Source: Hormiphora californensis
Lineage: Eukaryota > Animalia > Ctenophora
Direction: 5' to 3'
Length of the DNA stretch: 64,000 nt
Assembly: GCA_020137815.1 (NCBI GenBank)
Contig: CM035355.1
Coordinates: 4,216,001 to 4,280,000, forward strand
Shown here: piece by piece, positions 1 through 11,800 of the stretch
Layout of the letters: each line of letters starts with the position of its first letter
How positions within the stretch are numbered: the first letter of the stretch is position 1
Program-made: the position numbers and the translations under genes
The notes under the pieces: model-generated
Databases searched by the model: none
What the model saw: the letters and a program-made list of their open reading frames with translations, nothing else
What the model was told of the DNA's origin: nothing

Positions 1-886
1 GCCGCCGCCCCGCTGTGCAAACGCCAAAAAAGAATCCAATTTTTCCAGTCTGTACAAAATGTCCCCCCTGCTGCAAATACAAGCTGCTATATCCCCCCAG
101 AAATATACAAATTCATCTTTCAGTTCATCTCCCGGAATTCCCTTGTTTTTCTTATCTCTAGGAAATCCCCAGAAAATGTGTCCCCCCGCTGTCGCAGCTA
201 CATATCTCGAGCTAAGCTGAGCACGTGATATTATGATAATGATCTCTCATTTCTTGTTATTTTTTGTTGTTTTTTTCCCCGCTGACAATTGAGCTGCAAA
301 TTTGTTATGTTGGAATTGCGCTGGTTTTCGTGTCTTGTGTGAGTGTATGTGTGTGTGTGTTTATTTTATCGAGGTGATGAAGATGCAATGATTTGAACAC
401 TATATGCTGGCTGTATGAAAATGCCGTGCGTGCTGACTTGCCAAGAGAGGAGAGGAATGTGTTTCACCCATATTTTATGATCACTTTACATGTAGTTAAC
501 TCAGACCAATTTTATGTTACAAAATCCGACTTTTTAATTTGCCGCTCCCAATTCAATCGATTTTGCATGGCAGCAACACAAATACCCTGGTACCGGGTTC
601 TAAAGACAGTTGGACAAAACTGGAGAACTGGAGATGAAGAGTGGAAACATTGGGCCTCCTTAGCTCTGAAACCGGTGACCTTTCCAGCCCAGGAACGCTT
701 TCCAGCGCCGCGCACTCACAATTATTACCGTTCAAATGTTCGGCGCGACCAAAACTCGGCTGCTAACATTGAGTACTTTCATTATAAGAGAGGCAGTGCG
801 CGCTCCTAAACATTAGACACTGCCAGAAATAGGGTGGAGCTGTTTTTGGCAGAGTATTCTGTAATTGAGGAATGCGCTACTAAGTA

Positions 887-1730
887 CAGTCGGACCCCGA
901 TTTAACGGCCCCCGATTTAGCGGCACCCCGATTTAACGGCAGGATAAATTTCCCCCAAAAATTTTTTGAAATTTTTTTTGAAAATTTTTCAAAGGTGTAT
1001 CAACCACGTCCGAATCGTTTTTCGAATCGTTGCATCTTATTGCATGTCTTGCTGGTAATTAGACGGTTCGAAACGAACAGATATGTGATCCCCATGAGGC
1101 CCATCGAGTCGCAATTTTGACGTTTGTTAAACTGGCCCCATGGGGATCCCGTATCGGTTCGTTTCGAACCGTCTAATTAGCGACAGGACGTGCGATAAGA
1201 TACACTGACTCGAAACACGATTCGGACGTGGTTGATATACCTTTGAAAAAATTTCATAACTTTTTTTGCAAAATTTTACAGATTGATTTTCAATGCTTTG
1301 ATCGATGCTCCCCATGAATTTTCAGAGAAAAATATATTTTTAAATTCGAATTCTTCCTCATCCCGCTTAAAGTGCCCCGATTCGGCATGGTATCACATAT
1401 CGGTTCGTTTCGAACCGTCTAATTAGCAGCAAGACATGCGATAAGATGCACTGATTCGATAAACGATTCGGACGTGGTTGATGTAGTACCTTAGAAAGTT
1501 TTTATAACTTTTTTTGAAATTAAAAAAAGTATTTTCTTTTTCTAATCAGAAATGATCATGTAATCAATACATGGACATTGCATTTAACACTTAGATGTGT
1601 TTTAGTATAACATTTTGGACAAAAATAGGGTTTTATGGGCCAAATATGCTCTACCCCGATTTAACGGACACCCCGATTTAACGGACAAAACCCTTTCCCC
1701 CGAGGGTGCCGTTAAATCGGGGTCCGACTG
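887..1730. mobile_element. Non-autonomous DNA transposon (MITE, CAGTCGGACCCCGATTTA family, Tc1/mariner-like TA target)
   Basis: TA|CAGTCGGACCCCGATTTAACGG ... CCGTTAAATCGGGGTCCGACTG|TA terminal inverted repeats, subterminal CCCCGATTTA repeats, internal inverted segments; family recurs at 20130, 25579, 54875, 56199, 58598. Confidence 0.9.
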
Positions 1731-1961
1731 TAGTAGTAATATTCGATCAGCGACAAAATGGGAAGTGCATTACGCACACTCACACCTTGTGAATGGAGAA
1801 AACGTAGTTTCTAAATGTTATCGGGGGAAAATAATTTCATGAATATATAAATAAACACACACGCAATCTTTAATTTATACATTTCGTATAATACATCCTG
1901 TACATCATAATCTGTGTCCCATATATGATAGTTCGTCAGAATTTAAATAACCACACACAGT

Positions 1962-3868
1962 TCATCCATTCAGCATCTCTATCTCTTTATCTCTGGCTGC
2001 AAGATCTGCTTTGAGAGCGACCACCTGTAATAACGAATTATTGTTAGCACTGGGCAGTTTCCTGTGAGCCCAGCATTGCTAATTACAGCACACACTGCAC
2101 ACTGTGTGTATGTGTGTGATAGAAAGATACAAGTGCAGATAGGAGTGTCTAATACAATAAGCTAAGACCCTCAAGAACACATGTAGTACACAGCACACAC
2201 TGAATATGTTAAGTGTAATGATGGATAGTGAGTTTTAATCTAGAGCATTATTTACTCACCATATCCATAAGAATTTCATTTTTCAGTCTCAATGCATTGT
2301 TCTGGTCTTGTAGCGTTATGTTCTGTTTCCGGAGGTGCGCTGCATTTGTTCCTCCCGTTGGTGGTTCTGAGAGAGATAGAATGTTAGGGCGTGAGTTGGT
2401 TTGAAGGCAGAAGGGGAGAGATATGTTGAGATCGAGGAGTTTTATTGGTTACGCTCCAGTTACAAATTGGAAACGGACGCCAGGTTGATGGTTTTGGAAC
2501 AATAATAACAACTCTACTACACTTGATGAATTAAGATACACCATATGAACATTGAGATGAACATTGAGATGAACATTGAGATGAACATTGAGATGAAGAT
2601 TGAGATGAACATTGAGATGAACACACACATCAACCTTTCTCAATCCCTACTCCGGGAGATGCAGTATGTTTAGAGACATGTAGAGACTGATATCGATCAT
2701 CCCCCTCCTCCTCACTACTTTCTGTCACACTGACGTCACCACTATCATCACGTGACATTAGCTCCTCGTCACGTGACACCTCGGTGACACTATCACCCTC
2801 ATCATCACCATCCTCACCCAGATAAAACTGGGAATATGTTTCCATGGTATCCGTCCGCAAAGTTATTTCCCCCGCCTCTGAGCTGGATGAGCTATAACTG
2901 GAGGTAGCGAGAAAGTCACGTGACAGGGCGGTGGGGAGGTCACGTGATGTCACGCTAATACCACGTGACTGGATAACACGAGGGGCAGTTGTTGTGTAGA
3001 GGTTGTCCAAGCTGGGGGTCGGAGAGGAGGGGGTGGAGGACGACCACAGATTGGGCAGCCGTTTTATCAGATTCATGATCGCTGTTAGTTTCGAGAGTTC
3101 CTTCTACCACAGTTGATGGTAATTGGTATAACAGGGTACAGATTGTTATGTTCTAACCCTCCGGGGCGCGGTGAAACAGGGTCGAGCAAGGCAAGGTACA
3201 GTTCACAAGAGAGAGAGAAACAAGCAAGAGTGATAACTGGAATATATTATCAGTTGCAACTTGAACCCCCTGCGACACCGAAGGAGCATATGTGTGTGTG
3301 ACATAAACACCACGTGATGTGTGATAACCAATGGGAGATAGAGAGGGAGAGAGGTAGTAACTAGTAAGTAAACACCAGCGTTGGGGGTGTACAGAAGGGC
3401 CCATGATTGAGGATAGAAGACCGGGGGATAAAATTGGCTAAGCTGTATTAATTTAAAAGGCCTCATCGTCATACCTGAGTACCACTGCCCTGTAGCGCCA
3501 TCAAAAATCAACTCATTTTCATCAAGCTGCAGTTTAATTGCCATATTATCATCTTGCTTCTGAGAGTCTTGTGAAGTCAAACTGAGGAGAGGGAGGGGAT
3601 GGTGTTAAAATAGAGCGAAAAACTGGGGGAGGAGGGCGGGGGCAGTGTTGGAAGTAGAGCAACAACCGGGTAGTGCTAGAAATATAGCAGTCAAACTAGT
3701 CAAACTGGGGGGGGGGGGTAGTAGAGTTTTAGAAAGAGGTCAACTAAACAACTGGGGACTGGGGACTGGGTAGGTTTTCTACCAATTTTCCTACAATTAC
3801 CTGGAGAGAGATCCTGCCCTTCGTTTTCCTTTCACTGATCCTTTCTTACTTTTACTAAAAAATGGCAT
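1962..3868 (-). CDS. CBY1: Chibby family protein, 4 exons (3868-3801, 3581-3475, 2366-2260, 2024-1962)
   Basis: Spliced translation MPFFSKSKKGSVKGKRRAGSLSS...LQLDENELIFDGATGQWYS...LRKQNITLQDQNNALRLKNEILMDM...; matches Chibby motifs MPFF..R.S.SLS, FENGQW and coiled coil EENNLLRLKVDILLDM; GT-AG introns with matching phases. Confidence 0.85.
2545..2622. repeat. 12-bp tandem repeat (ATGAACATTGAG)n
   Basis: About 6 adjacent copies visible. Confidence 0.9.
2634..3076 (-). CDS. Putative alternative first exon of the Chibby gene (Ser/acidic-rich, ~147 aa)
   Basis: Open frame inside Chibby intron 2 ending AAA G|gttgat, a phase-1 donor compatible with the phase-1 acceptor of the coiled-coil exon at 2366. 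Confidence 0.45.
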
Positions 3869-4135
3869 GCTAGAGAGAAGACTTTTGTTAGATTATCTAC
3901 TATAATTACTCGAGTTGACAGAATGTTGTTTAGATTTTTAGGTAGGTACTATTAGGGTAGAAACAGTAGCCAGATATTTTAGGGATAAGGTTTCTATGCG
4001 TTGTTTTTAACAAAATCGAATTAATTACGCTGCCAGCTGTGCAACTTAATTGGAAAACTTTATATTACAAAAACAATGGCTATAAATTCAACAAAACATT
4101 CAATAAAACCCAATTAATCTCTCCAATTAATCTCT

Positions 4136-4476
4136 CTAAGATTGGTATTTCAGCTTGGCCCGTATTGCTATGCTGTGAAAGTGAGCATGCTTCAATACTC
4201 GGTTCATGGTTATATAGTAGTCACTAGAAGAAGGTGGTGGAGTTGTAGTAGATTTCGGTAATTCTGATTTGGACTGTGGGGGGAGATGAGAGTTAGAGCG
4301 AAGGAGTCAAAGAGTGGAAGAGAACTAAAATCTCAAAGCTTTCCATTTCCTAATTTGAAATCTTGAAAGAGAAATATAGAGCAACTAACCTGATCTACTA
4401 GATTGCGTCGTTTCTTTGTTTCTGTTTCATCACTCTCTTCATCATCCCTCGCTCGACTTCGCTTCCTCTGCTCCAT
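4136..4476 (-). CDS. FAM104: FAM104/VCF-like small nuclear protein (p97/VCP cofactor family), 2 exons
   Basis: MEQRKRSRAR...KKRRNLVDQ|SKSELP...YYITMNRVLKHAHFHSIAIR; basic NLS-like N-terminus and C-terminal Y..N..L..AHFHS motif characteristic of FAM104. Confidence 0.75.
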
Positions 4477-4654
4477 CAGACATTCCTCTCTGTATAACAA
4501 CAAGTAATGAGTAATCACATGGGGATGTTAGACAAAAAACACACACATGGAAACCAAAATATTTGAAAAACAACTTTTACATTCCAGATTAAAAACAAAT
4601 GAATGTATTTCTAGGATAGGCAGAAACAACAACCTTTTTAAAAAGCCTCTAATT

Positions 4655-6175
4655 TCAGCGTCTATATTTTGCTAATAGTGCCTCCAAGGCCATGTTTGTT
4701 TTTGTAGATGAACTCTCAGTTTTAATTGGTTGTTCCTTAACAGAAACAGTTTGTTCCTTAACAGGAACAGTTTGTTCCTTAACAGAAACAGTTTGTTCCA
4801 CAGATTCCAACACAACAGGTTTAGGGAACATCTCAACTGCCTGTTTTCCACTCTCCGCCACTGACGGTTTAACAACTATTTCAGGAGTCACCGATAACAA
4901 ATTATCAACAAACTGCTGCTGAGAGGGCGCCTCATTTTCCTTATTTCGTTTAGGGGGAGTTATCTCACTCTCTATCATCACAGCTCTCTTGTTTGTGGTG
5001 ACCCGTATCGGTGTCTGCATTATATCAACTGGGCTCTGCAGCTGGCTTCTTTCTCACAGCTGCAGGGGTACTACAGTGCATGGCAGTGGGCTCAGCAAAT
5101 GGCGTAGATGGATCAGGGTTCCCTAGTTTGAATCGAATTGGAGTATTATCGTTGAACACAGAGGTAGCTGTTTTAGAGACTGGTGATACGGGGGAATTAA
5201 ACATCACAGTCCGTTCCAATTGTTCGTCTCCTGGGAGGGTTGATGTTTGAAGCTGAACAAAATCTCTTGGACCTTGAGTTGGGTATCGAGTTAACAGCTC
5301 CTCTAAGTTTCATCTCACTGTCTACTGAGGTTTTAGGAGCAACAGTTGGGTCAGTGGGTGCAACGGAATACCGGGCAAGCATTGCCGCAACATGTTCTTC
5401 TTTCACCCCTTTCTCCTCTTCACACTCTCGCGAAGGTTCCTTTTTCCGGGGTGTCGCGTATTTCGATATCATCAGCTCTTGGAGGGAGGATAGAGGCGGC
5501 GGTGTGTCCTTGCCAATTAGCACAGTATAGGTTTTCTCCCCTGCAGGTTGTTGAGTTGTGGGGTGGTGTTTAGAGCTAGGTCGGATTAGCGTACCGGCTC
5601 ACTAGGTCGTCTAGGGTTGTTGCTGGTTTGCTATGCTGTGTTGTAGCAGCCTGGGGTGGCAGGATAGGGCGGCAAGGTTGTTATAGTGGGAGGGGACTGG
5701 AACTGATTTACTGCAGACAGCACTAGTCGTTGTTGTTGACACGGATGGCTCAAAAGGTGGGATAGCTGGGAAGCGTCCGTTCTGTTGGTTTAAATCCATA
5801 CTGCATCAGATGGGATTGGTGTGTTTCGAAGGATTTTTCCAGCCTTTCTGAGATTGATCCTGTTTCTGTAATTGGTGCTTGAAACTTTGGTTATCTGAGC
5901 ATCAACCTCCTCAACTTTAGCAGTCCAGTGACTGATATCCTTTGTTAATTTATCCCTGGAAAAAAACGAAATGGAGTTACATTTAAATTACTTGAAAAAT
6001 TTAGGGACATACACTAATTTCTGTTTTCTAGTAGAAAGATTTCGGTTTACCTAAACTCAGCAACAGTTTCACCAGAATTCTCCGGTTCCTTTCCTTTTTC
6101 AAGGAATTCTTCTAAACTGGCGACCGTCTCAGAGAGCTTTAGTGCTGCCCTTCCAAGTGCATCTAGCTGGTCCAT
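4655..6175 (-). CDS. SKA3: SKA3-like kinetochore protein; exon 1 6175-6051, exon 2 5956-4655 interrupted by 7 single-base +1 frameshifts
   Basis: Repaired translation gives a ~100-aa helical N-terminus ending HQSHLMQYGFKP (cf. SKA3 REYFQKYGYSP), a disordered TP/SP-rich tail, and repeated L.LL.(K/R)Y motifs (cf. SKA3 ILQLLSKY, recalled). Confidence 0.6.
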
Positions 6176-6903
6176 CTACACGAATGATTAATTTTGAGAA
6201 GTCAAACACGTTGGCTGCTGTCCACGGTCAAGGTGGCCAGGCCAGAGACCGGTTCAGCCTTCAGGAATAAAAACGCGGTATACTGTAATTATACAAACCC
6301 CTGACACCAGCTTTGAATATGCCATAGCTCCCCTTTCAGGGAAGTTGCAGTGTACACCTACTGCTAGTGCGACCAAAAAGAGGGGGGGGGCTTCAGAGAG
6401 CCTAAAAGTTAAAAGTGTTGAAAAGATTTTAAAAAAAGAGTTCAAAAAAGGAGTTCAAAAAAGGATTTTGAAAAAAAAAATACAAATGAATTTAAACTTT
6501 GACGCGCGCTTTGCAGCGAAGAATGAATATTTTGCGCGCGTTACGTACATTTGAACGCGCGGCTTTTAACGTTTTTAATTCCGTTGCAAATTTTCGCCGC
6601 AATTTCACTTCCTGGGAATTTTTTCTTCTTCCGTTTCAACTTTCGCCCTCGACGTTAAACTTCAACGATCATAACCTCTACCGGTCACCACACTACTTGC
6701 ACCCGCTGTTTCCCTGATTATGCTGGATAGATTCACGCCCATATCCCCTAACTGCTATCGCAACCTGTTCCGCACCGTCCGGACCGCACGCCAAGGGAAA
6801 TGTTCTGTGGCATATGCCAGTGCAGTGAGCATTGAGCAAGCTGTTCGTTAAATTTATAAATTAACAGTTAGCACTAATCAGTTAATCCATTAGCTTTAGC
6901 AAG

Positions 6904-7573
6904 ATGAGTTGTTCAATTAAACCCCCACGCCACAATTCTTCTTCAAATCCAGTTATCGAGTAAGTAACCGGTAACGACTGGTAACCAGTAGACACCAGCT
7001 CATTGATTATTTCCTGGAGTTTCAAACTGATTTAATTATTATTTCACAGGAAGGATCCAGTACAAGTGATCAACAGACCTGATAGCATGTAAGTTTGTTT
7101 TCAGTTATCAGAGGTACCTATTTGAATTTTATACGCCGTCACGCTACGTACAGGGGATTGCACGGTTGTCCCCAAGTTTGAATTTAAGATTAATCATATC
7201 TTGAACTTTGAAGAGTACCTAATCTAAAACATCCAGGGTTGTGAATCTCGTCAAGAAGGAAGCTCCGAGTAAACCTGCACGGCCAGCGTGTTGTGTCTCC
7301 CCTGAAACCCATTCCTGTGGACAGCATGTGGCAGCAGGTAAACAGCCAGTAGAGCGCCAACAACAACCTCAACCAGCAGAACGTAAAACTAAGAAGCACG
7401 CTGAATTCTTCTTCCAACTGACAGCTAGTTATCGACTATGCTGTTCAATCCTCGCATGTCACCTCAATCGCACTGGCTCTCTTTGTATTCTGGCAGGTGT
7501 GGATTTTAATGCAAAACTAAGGGAAACAAGGTGGGAATGCGGTTTTAAAACAAAGAAAAAAACATTCAAATAA
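6904..7573 (+). CDS. Small hypothetical protein, 3 exons (6904-6959, 7050-7088, 7237 onward); 3' end uncertain
   Basis: ATG at 6904, two gtaag donors with phase-consistent acceptors: MSCSIKPPRHNSSSNPVIEKDPVQVINRPDSMVVNLVKKEAPSKP...; no family recognised. Confidence 0.45.
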
Positions 7574-7738
7574 CAACAAGAATAGCAACAAAAATAACGT
7601 CCGCTTTAGGCACAATTCACCCTGGACCCTGGATTACTAAATCCACAACAATATAGATATTATGTGCTCATATTCGACGCAACTATCTTTTAATATTTGG
7701 ATTCAACCCAAACTCTTTTAGTCCTAGAGACATATAAT

Positions 7739-8728
7739 CTAGTAAGTGGCTGGTGGTGAACTCTGTTCGTGATGGATAAGGGGACTATTTTCAGTGAATA
7801 TGCTGTATGTCCTGTCCTTAGCGGCATCCATTTCTGCAATCGTCCGGGGGAGAGTGACATTAGCAGTTTCTGGGAGGATCCACGCTGCCATAAACGCTGT
7901 AGGGAGAGAGAGTTTTTATTATCATCATGTAGGGAGAGATCGGGAGTATTAATTATTATTATCATAAGAAGCACATTGTTTTTATCCAATTTTATATCCA
8001 ATTTTTTATCCAATTTTACATTTTATTTTACAATTTACAAACCCTCGAGTATGCTATCTCAGACCTACCAAATATACAGAAGAAGAAAAGGACCGAATAG
8101 ACGACATTTGCGTTGTTTTCATTGATGACTATCACAAAGGGTGCAATGAGAGAGGATATCTGAGCAGCACAAACACACCTGGAAAAAGGGGGAGTTATTG
8201 TTACCATGGTAACCATGCTTGTTGTCATAGTGATCATAGTTACTTACACTCCCAATCCTGAAGATCGAACTGTAGTTGGGAATATTTCTGCACTGTAAAG
8301 ATACACTAGTGAGTAGATGAACCCTCCGAATGCTCGACCTATAATCACCTGCAACAGTGGACGGTGATGTTAGGTACTTTTGTTATGTTCTAGCCCTCCT
8401 TAAATTTTAGGTACAATGTACATTTGTAAAAAGAGTGTTGAAATTTAGTCATGACAAAATCATGTATTAATTCTGTTAGGACCGTGACAGAATGATGTCA
8501 ATAATATTACAGCCATGTTTCCTTACCATAACAGTTTTGAAGGATAGGTGTGAGTAGTGTAGTGGAGAATGGGGCAGTAGTCTGCACACCAGGACACTGA
8601 TTCCACACGCCACAAAGGATGCCAGGAGGCAGTTCCTGCGGCCCACCCGGTCAATTATGAAGTAACTCAGGATGTTAATTAGGATCTCCATTATACCTGA
8701 TAATGGAGGGAGAGATTGTTACTTTAAC

Positions 8729-8817
<89 letters not shown>

Positions 8818-11800
8818 GAGGGTGGCTGGAGAGGGGGGAATTATTATACTTGAGGTTATGAAGGCCGAAGGGGACGTGTTAGCAAGATCTGCCGTGACCA
8901 TGTTCCTAAATCACAATTAGATAATTAGTAATTACTATACCCAGTAATGATATTACAAGTAGTTACTCGTAATATATGATTATAATGTTACTCGTAATAT
9001 ATGAGTATGTATGTTACTCGTAATATATGATTGGGCCCCGGGCGCTTGCCAGCGCTATGATTATGTATATGTAATACCTGTTGCAGCCAGGTTGATATAA
9101 GGGTTCCCCATAACATCATTCATGTTGAAACTAAGGGCGAAAAAGTACAGTGCCGCTGTGAACCAAATAAACATCTGAATAAGGAATCACGTGGTGTTAA
9201 GGGTACGCTAACCAAAAATTTTTTTCGAGTGCAGGGAAATCTCTCACCGTACGGTCCAGTTACAAAGTTTGAAACTGATACCAGTTTCAAAAACCTGATG
9301 TAAGTTTCAATTTAGCAACTGGCTAAACTAAATTGAAACTGATATCAGTATCTGAAACTGATATCAGTTTCAAACTTTGTAACTGGTCCCTTAGGGTTGT
9401 AGGCCATGCCAAGGAGACCTCAAATATGCAATTTGAGCTCTCAAGTCGAATTCATATTTTTGCTACAGCTGCTTGAAAAATGAACTGAAAATACGTTTTT
9501 GGCATCTCGAAAAATTTTTTTTAAAGATAGGAGCAATCCGAGCTGATTTCCGGTCCTGAGATGGATTTCTTTTTTTCCACTTTAACGCCCTATTTGGCAA
9601 AGTTCCGAAAACATGTGAAAGCTGTAAATTGCTGAAAAGTTGCGTCTAACGATTATCTAAGTGGCCATAAATTTTGGGCGTGTCCTTATTTGAGATAAGC
9701 TGTACAGAGTTTTTTTTGTGAAAGCCGTCATTTCAGAAATAAATAAATTCCCTGTATCTCAAAAACGGCTGATCGTAGAGACCTGAGACTATGCTTAAAC
9801 GATTCAGAAGGTCCGATTTTGGGGGGGGGGGGGGGGGGTCTTCTGAGAGACATTTTGCTCCTACTTCAACCGTTTTTGCTGTAATTGCGAAAAACAAAAA
9901 CCCATCTTCGCCATCGTGGATTTTTTGTGATTTTGTTTTTGGTGATTATAGGGACCCATATGGACCAAATAGTGAAGGAATTAGCTTGTTACACATTTTT
10001 CCATAGTTTCGGTCCTTTCTTAGCCAAAATTCCCTAATTACAGGATATTGGAGTTTAGCTTTTGCCCTTTTCATAGAATTTGTTTTTCGCAATTACAGCA
10101 AAAACGGTTGAAGTAGGAGCAAAATGTCTCTCAGAAGACCCCCCCAAAATCGGACCTTCTGAATCGTTTAAGCATAGTCTCAGGTCTCTACGATCAGCCG
10201 TTTTTGAGATACAGGGAATTTATTTATTTCTGAAATGACGGCTTTCACAAAAAAAACTCTGTACAGCTTATCTCAAATAAGGACACGCCCAAAATTTATG
10301 GCCACTTAGATAATCGTTAGACGCAACTTTTCAGCAATTTACAGCTTTCACATGTTTTCGGAACTTTGCCAAATAGGGCGTTAAAGTGGAAAAAAAGAAA
10401 TCCATCTCAGGACCGGAAATCAGCTCGGATTGCAAAAAAAAATTTTGTGGTTATTCACCTTCATGTCCTCTTCAAATCCCCAAATTTTCAGTTCATTTTT
10501 CAAGCAGCTGTAGCAAAAATATGAATTCGACTTGAGAGCTCAAATTGCATATTTGAGGTCTCCTTGGCATGGCCTACAACCCTACGGTGAGAGATTTCCC
10601 TGCACTCGAAAAAAATTTTTGGTTAGCGTACCCTTAAACAGGAACCGAAACAACTAACAAGTAAACAACCAATCAGAACTCGTTATTTAGGTCACGTGAC
10701 TGGTTATCAGCCAATCAGGGATCGTGGTGTTAAGCATCAGCCGGAGGCAGAGTTTTTGTGTGGTGCTTGATCTTTTTTAGCATAAATATATTCGACAATC
10801 ATGTCACTCCATGATCATATTATATTTGAAGGGCATGGACATGTGATCAGTAATTACTATATTGAGCCATGTACGCCAATTGGCCTGTATATATTGCACC
10901 AGCAGGCAGCATACAAATTACAATAGTCATCATCGCATGAGATGGTGCCTGTCTCTATGTGTGAGCAATCACACAGCAGACAGACTCACATAACAAACAT
11001 AACATCAGTTAGCTAATAATCGGTTAGGAGGGAGTGAGAGGAAGTTAGAGCGAGTGAGAATAATAATTTGATTCTTTCGATATTTCTCAGAAATATCGAA
11101 AAATCAAATCATTTACACGGAGAACTTCACCTGGGCGAGTGTTATAGCACTGCATGTGTATAACGACTGTAAGTTAGAAGGGACCACTCACCTGGGCGAG
11201 TGTTGCACTGCACGTGTAACGACTGTAAGTTAGAAGGGACCACGCCCGCTCCTTCCCGGTTTCCTCTTCACTCACACTCATATCAAACTCGTCAGGGAGG
11301 CTCATCTTGTTCCAACTTGCTATTATCCGCATTACCTGGGGGATGGGATGATTTGGTAACACATTACCTGGATATGGGATCAGGTGTGAGTTGGTTCAAC
11401 TAGCATGACATAGCATGCAGGGTAAAATTTATAGGTTGTTTGAGCTATAGAATTAGCTTGAAAGGGAAGTGGTCGAGCGATACAAGGCCAGGATCGACAA
11501 TCATGCCTTGCTCAACCTTTTCTCAGCGCACCAAGGGTTAAGACAAGATCGATGGGTGTTTTTCAATACTGTACCTGTGTAAAACTGTACCTGTGTAAAA
11601 CTGTACCTGTGTAAAACTGTACCTGTGTAAAACTGTACCTGTGTAAAACTGTTATGTACCTGTGTAGCATCTTTGTCCTTGTTTTTCATAAGGAACCGAG
11701 GACTCTCTGGAATATTGGTACCCACGAGAACAGAAACGAGGAAGAGGTGTGCAGATGTTGCTATTATTACCGCCCTCCAGCTGTCGATGTATGAAGCAGT

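Noticed and set aside
393-809. 138-aa plus-strand ORF
   Set aside because: TTG start, no recognisable domain or clear splice structure; cannot be supported.
6250-6850. Possible ncRNA between divergent genes
   Set aside because: No recognisable snRNA, tRNA, RNase P/MRP or SL motif; more likely promoter/UTR sequence.
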